A stretch of 35,736 bases of DNA, from assembly GCA_003344405.1 (NCBI GenBank), contig NOWV01000238.1, positions 62,001 through 97,736 on the forward strand, in the 5' to 3' direction. This document shows positions 24,720-35,736 of the stretch, one piece after another. The notes beneath the pieces are model-generated. The model was given only the letters and a program-made list of their open reading frames with translations. It was not told the origin of the DNA and made no database searches. Both the position numbers and the translations under genes were made by a program. The stretch comes from Trichoplax sp. H2. Taxonomy: Eukaryota. Position 1 is the first letter of the stretch, and each line of letters starts with the position of its first letter.

Positions 24720-26200
24720 CTACAACGTCACCAATGTGCCAAGGTATCATCAGTATTCGAGCACAAACTAACTTCATACTGTAGTACACTCTGACAACAG
24801 ACACAGTATCGATTAGTATTGTCCACAACGTCAACGGACACAATCGATGATATCCGGTCATAATCCAGTATGTATTTGTCATGCGTACACGGTACATGGT
24901 GCGATTGAAGTTCATTGAACACATTGGCCGCAACACATACGCAACTAGTGTGACACTACAGTACTGTACCCAGTAGAGATAGTAGAACCCTACTAAGTCT
25001 GACACCGGACTGTCCAGTGTCCAGCCAGCGTCCAACCGAGCTCCAAGGCCGACAAACTACACAGTTGAGAATTTCGTATACGCAGTTGAGATACTACAAT
25101 AGTACTAAGTCTTACACACGACTGTCCAGTGTCCAGCCAGCGTCCAACCGAGCTCCAAGGCCGACAAACTACACAGTTGAGAATTTCGTATACGCAGTTG
25201 AGATAGTACAATAGTACCAAGTCTTACACACGACTGTCCACTGTCCAGCCAGCGTCCAACCGAGCTCCAAGGCCGACAAACTACACAGTTGAGAATTTCG
25301 TATACGCAGTTGAGATAGTACAATAGTACTAAGTCTTACACACGTCTGTCCAGTGTNNNNNNNNNNNNNNNNNNNNCTACAACGTCACCAATGTGCCAAG
25401 GTATCATCAGCATTCGAGCACAAACTAACTTCATACTGTAGTACACTCTGACAACAGACACAGTATCGACTAGTATTGTCCACAACGTTCAACGGACACA
25501 ATCGATGATATCCGGTCATAATCCAGTATGTATCTGTCATGCGTACACGGTACATGGTGCGATTGAACACATTGGCCGCAAGTCAGGTCTAGCCGCAACA
25601 CATACGCAACTAGTGTGACACTACACAGTACAGAGATAGTCGAACACTACTAAGTCTTACACAGGACTGTCCTGCCAGCGTCCAACCGAGCTCCAAGCCC
25701 GACAAACTACAGTACACAGTTGAGATAGTAGAACACTACTAAGTCTTACACACGATTGTCCGGTGTCCAGCCAGCGTCCAACCGAGCTCCAAGCCCGATA
25801 AACTACACAGTAGAGATAGTCGAACACTACTAAGTCTTACACAGGACTGTCCACTAGTGTCCAGTGGACAGTCCTGTGTCCAGCCAGCGTCCAACCGAGC
25901 TCCAAGGCCGACAAACTATACAGTTGAGATAGTACAATACTAGTAGTACCAAGTCTTACACACGACTGTCCAGTGTCCAGCCAGCGTCCAACCGAGCTCC
26001 AAGCCCGACAAACTACACAGTTGAGATGGTAGAACACTACGAAGTCTTACACACGACAGTCCAGTGTCCAGCCAGCGTCCAACCGAGCTCCAAGGCCGAC
26101 AAGCTACACAGTTGAGATAGTACAATACTAGTAGTACTAAGTCTTACACACGACTGTCCAGTGTCCTGCCAGCGTCCAACCGAGCTCCAAGCCCGACAAA
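24720..26200. repeat. Compound repeat: a ~270 bp block duplicated (24720 and 25377), each copy followed by a minisatellite (112 bp units before the gap, ~90-119 bp units after it)
   Basis: The block CTACAACGTCACCAATGTGCCAAGG... occurs twice. The core TAAGTCTTACACACGACTGTCCAGTGTCCAGCCAGCGTCCAACCGAGCTCCAAGGCCGACAAACTACACAGTTGAGA occurs about 10 times, one copy cut by the gap. Confidence 0.95.
25357..25376. other. Assembly gap (20 N)
   Basis: A run of N characters inside the repeat array. Confidence 0.99.
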
Positions 26201-27871
26201 ATATTGCTTACGTGTGACTGACGACTCAACTTTCTCGAACAATAATGAGGTCATCCTTGAAGCGCATCAACTGTACTGTATACTCAGTCTACAGCACAGT
26301 ATACTCGTATATTAAGTTAAGACTGGGTCGCTTCTTGCTCACTCCATTCAACTTCATTCAGCTCGACATTTCGTTTCTTCTGCCTTGGAGCCTACTGGTG
26401 AATTCTCTCTAGATTGGTAAGTTTATTAGCCCAAATACAGTAGTAGTATTTGGGCGAAGAAAGCGGATAGTAGTAGACTTGAGTGTTGCCCAAGAGAATT
26501 TTCAATGAACGATAGTACTGTATATATCATCACCGTGTATTATTCACTGGTTTAGTAAGCAGTCAACAACAATTGACAGTCTGCAGTAGAGATGCAGTCG
26601 TGGATTGAGTAGTACCTTTAATAGCAACTGAACCAATCAAGATTCTAGTAGTTTCAACAAAGATTGACCTTATTGTTAGCTAAAGTCATTGATTGATCAT
26701 ATAATACCTGCTACGATAACGGCATATAGCCATAGCATAATATTAACTGTAAATCAATCCATCAATCAATTCATTGATTAATATCTTCCCCAACATCTTC
26801 CAAGTCTGGTGGTTATGAGAGTTTTTATAAAATAACTAAGCTTCGATAAATACTTGTACTACGTACAGTACTGTACTTGTCACACAGTTCCAAATTGTCG
26901 ACTTTCCAGAAACAATTGGCTATTGCAATTCGAAATTTGGAAAAATTTGATCAACTTGAGCTGTAAAATGAATCCCATACACGATAGCAATGTCATCATG
27001 ACAAGCTTGTTAGTTAAATAAATATAATTCATACAACTCATTCATTTTGATTAGCCTTCAGCAATTCCGTATCGTGCGTGATATGGCTGTAGTACAGACT
27101 CCGCATCGACCATACATTGTATAAACATATATAGTACTGTACAGTACTGTAGTACTCCATATGAAAATTGTTTATATAAGTACTATGTACAATATACGAT
27201 TGTACATGGTATGGTAAACAGCTTTCAATTTAGCATCGAAACGTTCTAGTTAGACAAACTAAACCTTCAATTTGAAATACTACGTACGTGCAAAGCAGAA
27301 GTGCTCTATAGTATGGAATCTATATGTACGTCTAGTGACTATGCTCTTCCACTTTAGTTTGCAATAGGAACTGCGTGTCAACATTTCATTTGCAACATTT
27401 ACACCGATCGTAATCATCCCCGAGATAGACAAGCAATAAATTATATTATACTAATATATAAAAAAAATCGCAGTAGTGAAATTAATGATGACTGACAAAG
27501 ATAGAAATTACTCACAAGTCATAACAATAGTTATGTAATGGAATACAAAATAAATATTCGTCTACAGCTAAGAGAACACTTAGAATTGAATAAATCTTCA
27601 ACTGCATTGATAGTGCTGCATAGATACTAGCAAGTAATCATAAATGTAACCCTACCAAATGTACCATAGCATGAGTAGTTCCCGATAATTATGTCAGATT
27701 TTACTCGATAGTGATTTCTTGCATAGGCATTCTTGGTAAGTATGATCGTGAATAGATTAGATTACAGTAATTATATTAAAGAACTGCATCATTTGAAAAT
27801 TTGTGGATATGGATACTAATGTTGACATCCAATTAGGATTAAAAGCAACTTAATCGATTGCCTGATTCACT

Positions 27872-30800
27872 ATGCCATTGGTACAAGTCTATATATATGA
27901 CTTATCATTCGGCCTTGCAAACCAAATGTCGCTGGCTATGTTAGGTTAGTATATGTAACGGGCATCGCAACAAATGCATACCTAGCAACAATAATTATAA
28001 TATATAAATGCATGGTTGATGGTATAGGATACAGTCAAAAATAATACCTTTAAAATTACACCATTGTCATGTCACAACAATTATTCCACAATCAATCTTA
28101 TCTATTCATTGATATGGATATGCCATGCATTCTGAGAATGGTTCTACAATAATATGTTGACCGTTAGTATTATATCAACTACAGAAATCTATAGAATAAT
28201 AGACCAGTTAGGTTATAAATTAGATACGTAAATTACATCGATCATCGTACGCAGTATAGTCATTGAATAAAAAATTGATTACAGTATTTAAAACCTATAC
28301 TGTAGACAGGTTAATAGGTATGCATATTGCATTTGCTACATCCAAGTGATGTACAGGATTACGTGGTATTCAATTGCTTAATATACACAAGTAACTAGTA
28401 AAAAATGATCGAAAATTTATCACCGAGTAATGTTTTATTTCTATTCTTATTCATAGGTCGGCACATTGAAGGCATATGGTATGGTATATTTGCGAGTATA
28501 ACAGTTATATGTAAAATAATATTTATAGCTTAGAGATTAATACCTCATTAATATAATAATACTACTGTACATTCTGGGAAGTCTATCAGATATTATAAAT
28601 TTATAGGTTTGAAACATTGCATTCAAATTTAAGATTAAATCTGTTGTGATAGGCATACAAGTATTGTCCATTTTGGCCGCGAATACTTCTTTAGTAGCCG
28701 TGGCATCGAAAACTGTGCTCCGGTAAATTTTAATTTCGACCGACTCTTAATGACTCTATATGTACAAATACTATTTCAAAATGTATACATCTATAATATT
28801 AATTTTTTAACTCGACATTATTGTTAATTAATTTCAGGGTATGACAGCTATAGGTCAGCCGCTTCGCAAACACGATTTGGGTGAATCTCAGCTTGATGCC
28901 GACATCTTCATGGAATATTTAACCACAATTGGCAATGAAAGGTTTAGGTCGGTATCTGCTAGGCTATCCACTGCTAATACACTATCATTACCATAATTAC
29001 TATATTTCTTTAAAAAATGACTTTTGATTAACTTTGCAATATTTTTTCATCTCTGAAAGGCTTGGTACATATGATCTTTTCAATCACAATTGTAACACGT
29101 TCACTAACGAAGTTGGTCAATTTTTGACCGGAAATTCTATTCCATCATACATCACCAATCTACCTAGTGAAGTTTTATCCACGTAAGATCACTAACATAT
29201 AGTTTACAGTTTTTTTTATTAAATATTGACAATCACTTGGGAGATTAATTTGTAGATATAATTGTAAACTTATCGTCAAATAGACCCTTTGGTGGTATGA
29301 TACGACAATTTATGAGCTCTATGAATGATGGACCGGGTGGTGGAGTACCGATTAGTTCGCCCGTGAATACCCAACAGCTTCTGCAGCGTCCTGCTGAACC
29401 TACTAATCAGCTCCCTGCAGGATCAATATCTAGTAATCAACAAAATATGGTCTCTAAAAGCACAAGTGGACACAGCGAATCGACAAGTAGCGGTGCCCAA
29501 GAGTAATGAAACCCTTAATAATATAGTTTATGATAATACATGTTTAAAGTCAATTCATTGAGGAGATAGCAATATTGGCTTGATTGCAAATTTATTCTAT
29601 AATTGATAGAGGGATTGTCACCGCTCCTGTTATCTTTTCGGAAGATTTAGATAAAGTATACTATAAATGATATGTTTTCAATAATTACATACAGTAGACT
29701 GAAATATATGTTTATCAATTCTAGATTCAATCATGTATAAAACAATTAAAAGAATCGCTAGAGAATCATAATACAGATGTGGTTGAACGATTAGATCGTT
29801 ACTTAACAAATCAAAACCATTCCACGGAAAATGAAATAGAATTGGTAAAGCAAGCCTTAATTCCTGGCCTTTGTTAGTATAAGCTGTTATTATCCAAATT
29901 TGAACTTAACATAAAATAAACTATCGTAAAAAATTTAACTGCTGACATATCAGCGATTGATTCTGTTTTAGCCAATTTAACCAGGGCAAATTCTGGAATT
30001 GATAATACCTCGTCTAGTACATCAACCAAAATCGCTGCAACCGTTTTAAAATATTTGGCAACTAAGGAATCTTCTTTGCAGTTATTTTGCGATAATTATG
30101 GTACACATTCAACATACGAGTATATGCACATATGTTCATATTAAATCATAACCTAAATAACTACTACATTAAGTAATTAAGTACATTAAAATTGAGGGAT
30201 TGTTTAGTAATTATTGAAACCAGAGTATAGTATTTATACTACATTAACGAAATGTAAAAGTAGGTAGGTACGTACGTATAGTTGCACTTGGTTACTGTTG
30301 AGCATGTTATTACTTTTTATACTATAATCGTAAAAATACACAACATTTTATTTATTAATATGGCTACAATTTGTCTCCTATTCAGAAAATTTAATTCTTG
30401 TTGTTGCTGACGCATTTTCAAGTGTTACTGTAATGGAGGAGAAAGTTGAAATTGTCAAAATGGTATACTAGTGTAATTTATACCTCTAAGTGTTGATAGT
30501 CGTAATATTGAAAACCTTCAATTTTTATTTCTAATATCCTACTTTAAAATATTTTGTATTTAGCTATGTAATGTTCTAGCCAAAGCATATGGGGCAAAAT
30601 ATTTAACGTCAAAGAAGCAATATTCCGTTAATTCTAACGGCTTTGTTTTCCCTGAAAATTTGGTTACATCTATAATAGTTTCCTGTCTACTTGATGAATC
30701 CATTCAACTACAAAATATTGGCAGTGCTCTTGTTCTGAATTTCGCTATTGCTAATGTTCGTATTTTATTCAGTTCGCTTGTAACAACTTTTGTCATTACT

Positions 30801-31200
30801 ATTTACCCTAATATGGTTTTTTCTCGCTTCTTAGCCAAGTGAAGAAGTTAGCTTTGAATGTGCTAGTGCTCTGATAGAGATGATGCATCATGAGCTAAAC
30901 TGGGTTTCCGCTCATTATAGTCTTTCCGCACTAAGCCATTTATTGCATAAGAATGAACAGGTACTGTACCTCAATATATTGATAATAGTCCTCGAGTTGT
31001 TATAAGATACGAAATGGAAATTGTATTATTATTTTACTTTAAATATGACATCATACAACTAAGATGTACTGGTATACTCGTTCATTTGGCTCTAGATTAT
31101 CCACCTTATTGAAGCAACCGAGTTAGATACTGAAAAGATATCCGTGCAGCATCCAAAACTACGAGATATCTGCCAAAAAATTGCAATACATAGCCAATAG
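27872..31200 (+). CDS. DESI1: Desumoylating isopeptidase DeSI-1/PPPDE (C97) peptidase with a long helical, PUL-like C-terminal region, ~485 aa. Exons: 27872-27944, 28457-28478, 28653-28722, 28838-28947, 29060-29182, 29284-29502, 29610-29655, 29725-29872, 29954-30100, 30386-30462, 30564-30755, 30835-30960, 31096-31200
   Basis: Translates to [42 protein letters not shown] (catalytic His) and [41 protein letters not shown] (catalytic Cys). All 13 exons join in frame (486 codons). A probable 5' UTR donor lies at 26417. Confidence 0.9.
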
Positions 31201-31794
31201 ATCCCTTAGGTATCCATTTGTGTCATTCATAACTCTACCCTATTTTGAACTCTATTTATGTAGCTTTGAAACTAATCATTATAATTCTATATTTATCCGC
31301 GGTGAAAATCTATTTGACAATGCACAATATTAATACGTAAAATTAATCAGTTTGGTTCTAAATGCTATAAAACTGCGTTGTAAGGTTAGCTTGTTGAAAA
31401 ATATCGAGAATAAAGAGAGTATCATTTTATTCGTTTTGGCTCACTGGTTGATAATACAGTACATCGTTTTTTACTGACTTTTAAAGCCACTTAGATTGTC
31501 CTAATTGGCATAAGCTATAAGTTAAGCTATTATTATTATATAATACAAGAGTGTTATGACGATAATTTCAAGAATGAAAATCGAGATTAACGTCAACATA
31601 CAGTATTTCGAAGGATATATTAATAAATGGGTGTTGTGAAATCCAAGAAAGCATAAGACCCAGAAGATGCTTTGAGAATGTACCCTGCACTGTAAACATA
31701 TACGCGTTCACAATAGATGGCAGGTTAACGCAATCAATAGATTGTCCTTTTGTGGTTGACGGTTGAATTTATAAAAAATAGCGTAATGAAAACT

Positions 31795-33902
31795 CTAGTC
31801 TATTGAATTTTCTAAGTCATCTTGATCTTCATCTTCAGCACTATCACAATTACTATCCAACTGTTCCCTGTCAACGTCACATTCAGTATCAGCAAATTCT
31901 TGGTAATCATTATTGACATCAGTAGTCGTTTTGAAATCGTCTTCAGAATCGTCATCTAAATTATTATTATCGTCTCCATTGTTTATGTGTTCGCTATCAT
32001 CATCCACTTCTACTTCCATCTTTGAGTCCTGATCTTCATTTGATAGACTTTCAAATTCAGCTTTACTTTCATCAGGATCATTTGTAGTTTCCTCTTCTTT
32101 TACCTCAATTTCATTTACTATGTTCTCTTTTGTATCTTCAGAAGGAGTTAAAGTTTTCGCGGCTTCGCCATCAGCCTTTTTATTGTTGTAAATCTTCAAT
32201 TCTTCTTCATATCGTTTTTTATCTCTTTCGTACATTTCATAATATACCTGTATATGTTGGTGTATGAGCATGTTACGGACTTGAACACAGAAATAGACGG
32301 TCTATATCATAATATTTAATGAAAGATACTGACAAATAACTATACCTTTTTATCAGCACTTGGCAATGAATTCCATTTATTACTAAGAAATTTGGTTAAA
32401 TCATGATAGCCAGAGGAGTCGGCTTCTTCTTTTTGAACGTCTTGCGGTAAATTGCGCTTTTCTTGACAGAAATGAAAGAAAGCGTTGGCAGGTTTCTTAG
32501 GTGCGTTAGGGTCTCTTTCTTTTTCTTGCTTTGCATAACCCTTAATCTTAAATTTCTTGGCTAACATTTTACCATTCATTGGATCACCTAAATTATAATG
32601 ACCTTTCTTTACTTTGCCTTTTGTTTCTTCTTCACTGGATATTCCATCCGTGACATCAAATAGGTCCCCACTGTGACCAAGTATTTTCTCGATACGCTTT
32701 TTTCTCTCCTAAATCATTTGTAGAATGAGATCTTGTTAAGTAAAAGAGTTCAGAGATACTGTCGGAAGTATTGAAGCATGTAAAAAAGAAATGTCGAAAT
32801 TGAGGAAAATGATGTAGTTAGATAAGAATTAGCTCACGCCCTATACTCAATTTTAAAGAAGGTATTGGTATTGAATACCAAGGTTTATTTGTAATTTACA
32901 CAAAATTACTCGCTTACAAGTTATTTGGTTTTACCTGTAAAAGGACATCGATATTATCATAGTTATCATGATGTTCATCCAAACGTTTCACAAGAAACCT
33001 ATAACAAGAAAATGCGGTTAGCTGCAGCTATTATCACCATCGTTTTACATGCATCAAATATATGCTCTATTGATGGTAAAATGAAAGTATAAAAGTATAT
33101 GAATTCTATCCTAAATTACGGTTTATACCCAATAGGCAATCATGGCCAGCTTTAAATTAATTGAATTTAACAGTATATGAATTCTATCCTAAATTACGGT
33201 TTATACCCAATAGGCTATCATGGCCAGTTTTAAATCAATTGAATTTATCATAACTTTTTGCAATAATATCAATCTTACTGGCGGTAATATACGTACTGTA
33301 TATACAGTGTACCGTGTCATCATCATTCAACACTGTATTATAAGAATGTAATGTAGAGTAAGAATACTATTTTGAACTAGGAAAATCACAACTAGCTATC
33401 TCTAAGCTACAATTAGTCCTATTTTTATATCGCATAGACGAGATCAAATGGTTAGAAATGATTAACTTTACAAACAGTAAGATATTCGTATATCGATCGG
33501 ACTACAGTAGATACGGGTGATTGTCAACAATTTCTTGTCAGAAGCAAGTACGACGATTGCAATCTTTGGCTAAGAATCATCGCTTCTAAGTGAAGTATTT
33601 CTATATGACATTGCATTCTGACCTAGATCATTCATACTTGTATATGTATAACTTACTGCCTCTGTTGCCGTAGCCGGAGTAAAACACGTCTGCTTTGTAA
33701 AAGTCGATAACTTAAGCGTTCATTGAACTAAAGAAGAAGACAAAAAAAAAAGGAATCCATTAGAAGAGTGAACATCCTCTCCACACTGTTCATTTCAATC
33801 TTTTGCCTATCTATTTGGGTGAATATTTCGTACATTTTCTATCTGAGAGCATCTCTGAAGCAGTGCATGATATACTTTACGGTATTTCACTTCCGAATCC
33901 AT
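31795..33902 (-). CDS. TFPT/INO80E-like N-terminal domain + HMG box + acidic tail (Nhp10-like putative INO80 subunit), ~339 aa. Exons: 33834-33902, 33657-33727, 32935-32998, 32346-32708, 31795-32247
   Basis: Begins MDSEVKYRKVYHALLQRCSQIEN|FNERLSYRLLQSRRVLLRLRQQRQ|FLVKRLDEHHDNY. Continues with an HMG box RDPNAPKKPANAFFHFCQEKR..LTKFLSNKWNSLPSADKK|VYYEMYERDKKRYEEEL and a D/E-rich tail. A likely 5' UTR intron spans 33921-34050. Confidence 0.85.
33094..33248. repeat. Intronic tandem duplication, ~78 bp x 2
   Basis: AGTATATGAATTCTATCCTAAATTACGGTTTATACCCAATAGGC.ATCATGGCCAG.TTTAAAT.AATTGAATTTA occurs at ~33094 and ~33172. Confidence 0.9.
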
Positions 33903-34699
33903 TCTTAATCAGAGTGGAAACTAGAAACAGATTGGTGAAGAAGAGCTGAAGAATCTGTTAATGTCGATGAAAGTGCCCTTCCAGGTTCTAACCAAGCTGA
34001 TTCAATAGTAACGAATCCGATGTTTACCATTCGTTTACTGCCTCGCTTACGGCTGTTGGCTCGAACCCTAGCCCTTGATACTCAATATCGTACAGTACAG
34101 AACAGCACTGTACGGCGGTTGTACTGTACACTGTACACTGTACTCGAGTGACACTTAAACACTTCATTCTGTATCTGCTAGCCTCAACTAGACCAGAGTT
34201 CGGTTCGGTTCGGTTCGATTCAAACCTTTATAATCTACAGTATGCCTTCAACCATAGTGTTGTGTATTACTGTCTAGAGCTACTACTAACAACTGTATTG
34301 AAAGTTGGTACTACTCTCACTTAGCATAGAGACAAGAAATTGAAGACGTAGTTGAAGTTATTGTAAAACTAACTACTAACTCCACTCTCTCTCTCTCTTT
34401 ATCGTATTGAAAAGTGGCGGCTTATACTGTATAAGTACGCCGTTGAGACTTGAAACGCATTCTACTGTAATTCGTATTCTAATGGGTAGTTTGTATCACA
34501 GTCAATTCGCTACAGTAGTTAGTATTACATCGTACAGTACTGTACAGTACAGTACAGTACAATCGAACAAATAGAGCGTAGTACTGTACACTGTAGAAGA
34601 TATACTGTACAGTGCTGGAGTGCGTTAAAGCCCTTGCAGTTGAACTCAACGTTATTGACGATGCTATCGAGCGATGGAGATCCATTTCGTCTATAATAA

Positions 34700-34938
34700 A
34701 TGTTATTTAACGATGAGGTCGGTAACAGATAGAGATAATTAATAGACTGTACGCGCATAGAATACTGTGTAGAGGACTGTAGTATCCACAATCTTTCCAG
34801 CAATGAATACAAGCAAAATCCGATGCTGGATGCAAGCTAGCAATATGGTGAGGTTTTGCATTCGGTCATGCAGTGATCGTCCTAGTGATTTATATCGCAG
34901 TACTGTATTTGCAGTCTCCTCAGGCCATGGCGTATCAG
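34700..34938 (+). CDS. Possible 5' exons of an unidentified + strand gene (34700-34721, 34801-34847, 34915-34938), continuing beyond the window
   Basis: Three short exons with plausible GT-AG sites join in frame as MLFNDEVA|MNTSKIRCWMQASNM|SPQAMAYQ. No family is recognised. Confidence 0.3.
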
Positions 34939-35184
34939 GTAATCGATGATGAGATAGAGATAATGTTAACAGAGTGAAATACACACGATAAGAAACGCTG
35001 TAAAATTGCTCTGCTTAAGCGAATGAAGATCATTGCGTATTTCTACTGTAGCAGACTCGGAATACGCATTTGCGTTATCTTACAGTACATGGATTCAGCT
35101 AAAAAATTTCAGTACATATTGATACTTGCATAGGACTCCCATAATAGGAGTATGATACATCCATAGTTCATTGTGTATTTCTAC

Positions 35185-35736
35185 CTGCAGCAGCACATTA
35201 GCTAAGACGTACAATCATACATGCATACCTAAAATTTCATTATTATACTGTACACTTACATATGAGTACTGTATTATGCACTCATAGATCTTTGCATGTT
35301 GCTACTGCAGCTGTATATGAGCTAAGACGTACAATCATACATGCATACCTAAAATTTCATTATTATACTGTACACTTACATATGAGTACTGTATTATGCA
35401 CTCGTAGATCTTTGCATGTTGCTACTGCAGCTGCATATTAGCTAAGACGTACAATCGTACATGCATACCTAAAATTTCATTATTATACTGTACACTTACA
35501 TATGAGTACTGTATTATGCACTCGTAGATCTTTGCATGTTGCTACTGCAGCTGCATATCAGCTAAGACGTACAATCATACATGCATACCTAAAATTTCAT
35601 TATTATACTGTACACTTACATATGAGTACTGTATTATGCACTCGTAGATCTTTGCATGTTGCTACTGCAGCTGTATATGAGCTAAGACGTACAATCATAC
35701 ATGCATACCTAAAATTTCATTATTATACTGTACACT
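35185..35736. repeat. Minisatellite, exact 120 bp period, at least 4.5 copies, running off the window
   Basis: GCTAAGACGTACAATCATACATGCATACCTAAAATTTC... starts at 35201, 35321, 35441, 35561 and 35681, with only scattered substitutions. Confidence 0.97.

Noticed and set aside
24616..26125. ORF-track ORFs with repeated peptides (also 10261-10775 and 15681-16931)
   Set aside because: They are translations of tandem repeats and low-complexity TACAGTA tracts, open in several frames with no protein-family signal.
28942..28948. Alternative in-frame donor 6 nt upstream in DESI1 exon 4
   Set aside because: Both donors are phase-compatible, but similarity to DESI1 (..FR..Y.LF) favours 28947/28948. 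There is no evidence the other is used.
34198..34221. (TTCGG)n micro-repeat upstream of the HMG gene
   Set aside because: It has only about 4 imperfect units, too short to assign a function.

Overview
AT-rich, gene-dense eukaryotic genomic DNA with short GT-AG introns. The gene set is animal-like, and the compaction suggests an early-branching metazoan such as the placozoan Trichoplax (inference only). I assembled seven spliced protein-coding genes by hand with phase-consistent splice sites: MFSD11 (-, running off the left edge), POLDIP3/SKAR (-), EIF3D (-), sphingosine kinase (+), GID4 (-), a DeSI-1/PPPDE peptidase with a long PUL-like C-terminus (+), and a TFPT/INO80E-like protein fused to an HMG box and acidic tail (-). 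An eighth gene may begin at the right edge. Several unrelated 78-141 bp tandem repeats lie in 5' flanks and early introns, and TACAGTA/TACTGTA-rich tracts cluster upstream of start codons. One array places nine AP-1-type sites in the EIF3D/SPHK divergent intergenic region. A pair of 33-nt palindromes with compensatory base changes lies upstream of MFSD11. There is a 20-N assembly gap. I found no supportable rRNA, tRNA, CRISPR array or transposase. Most ORF-track entries are spurious or single-exon fragments. Family assignments come from recalled motifs, not database searches.
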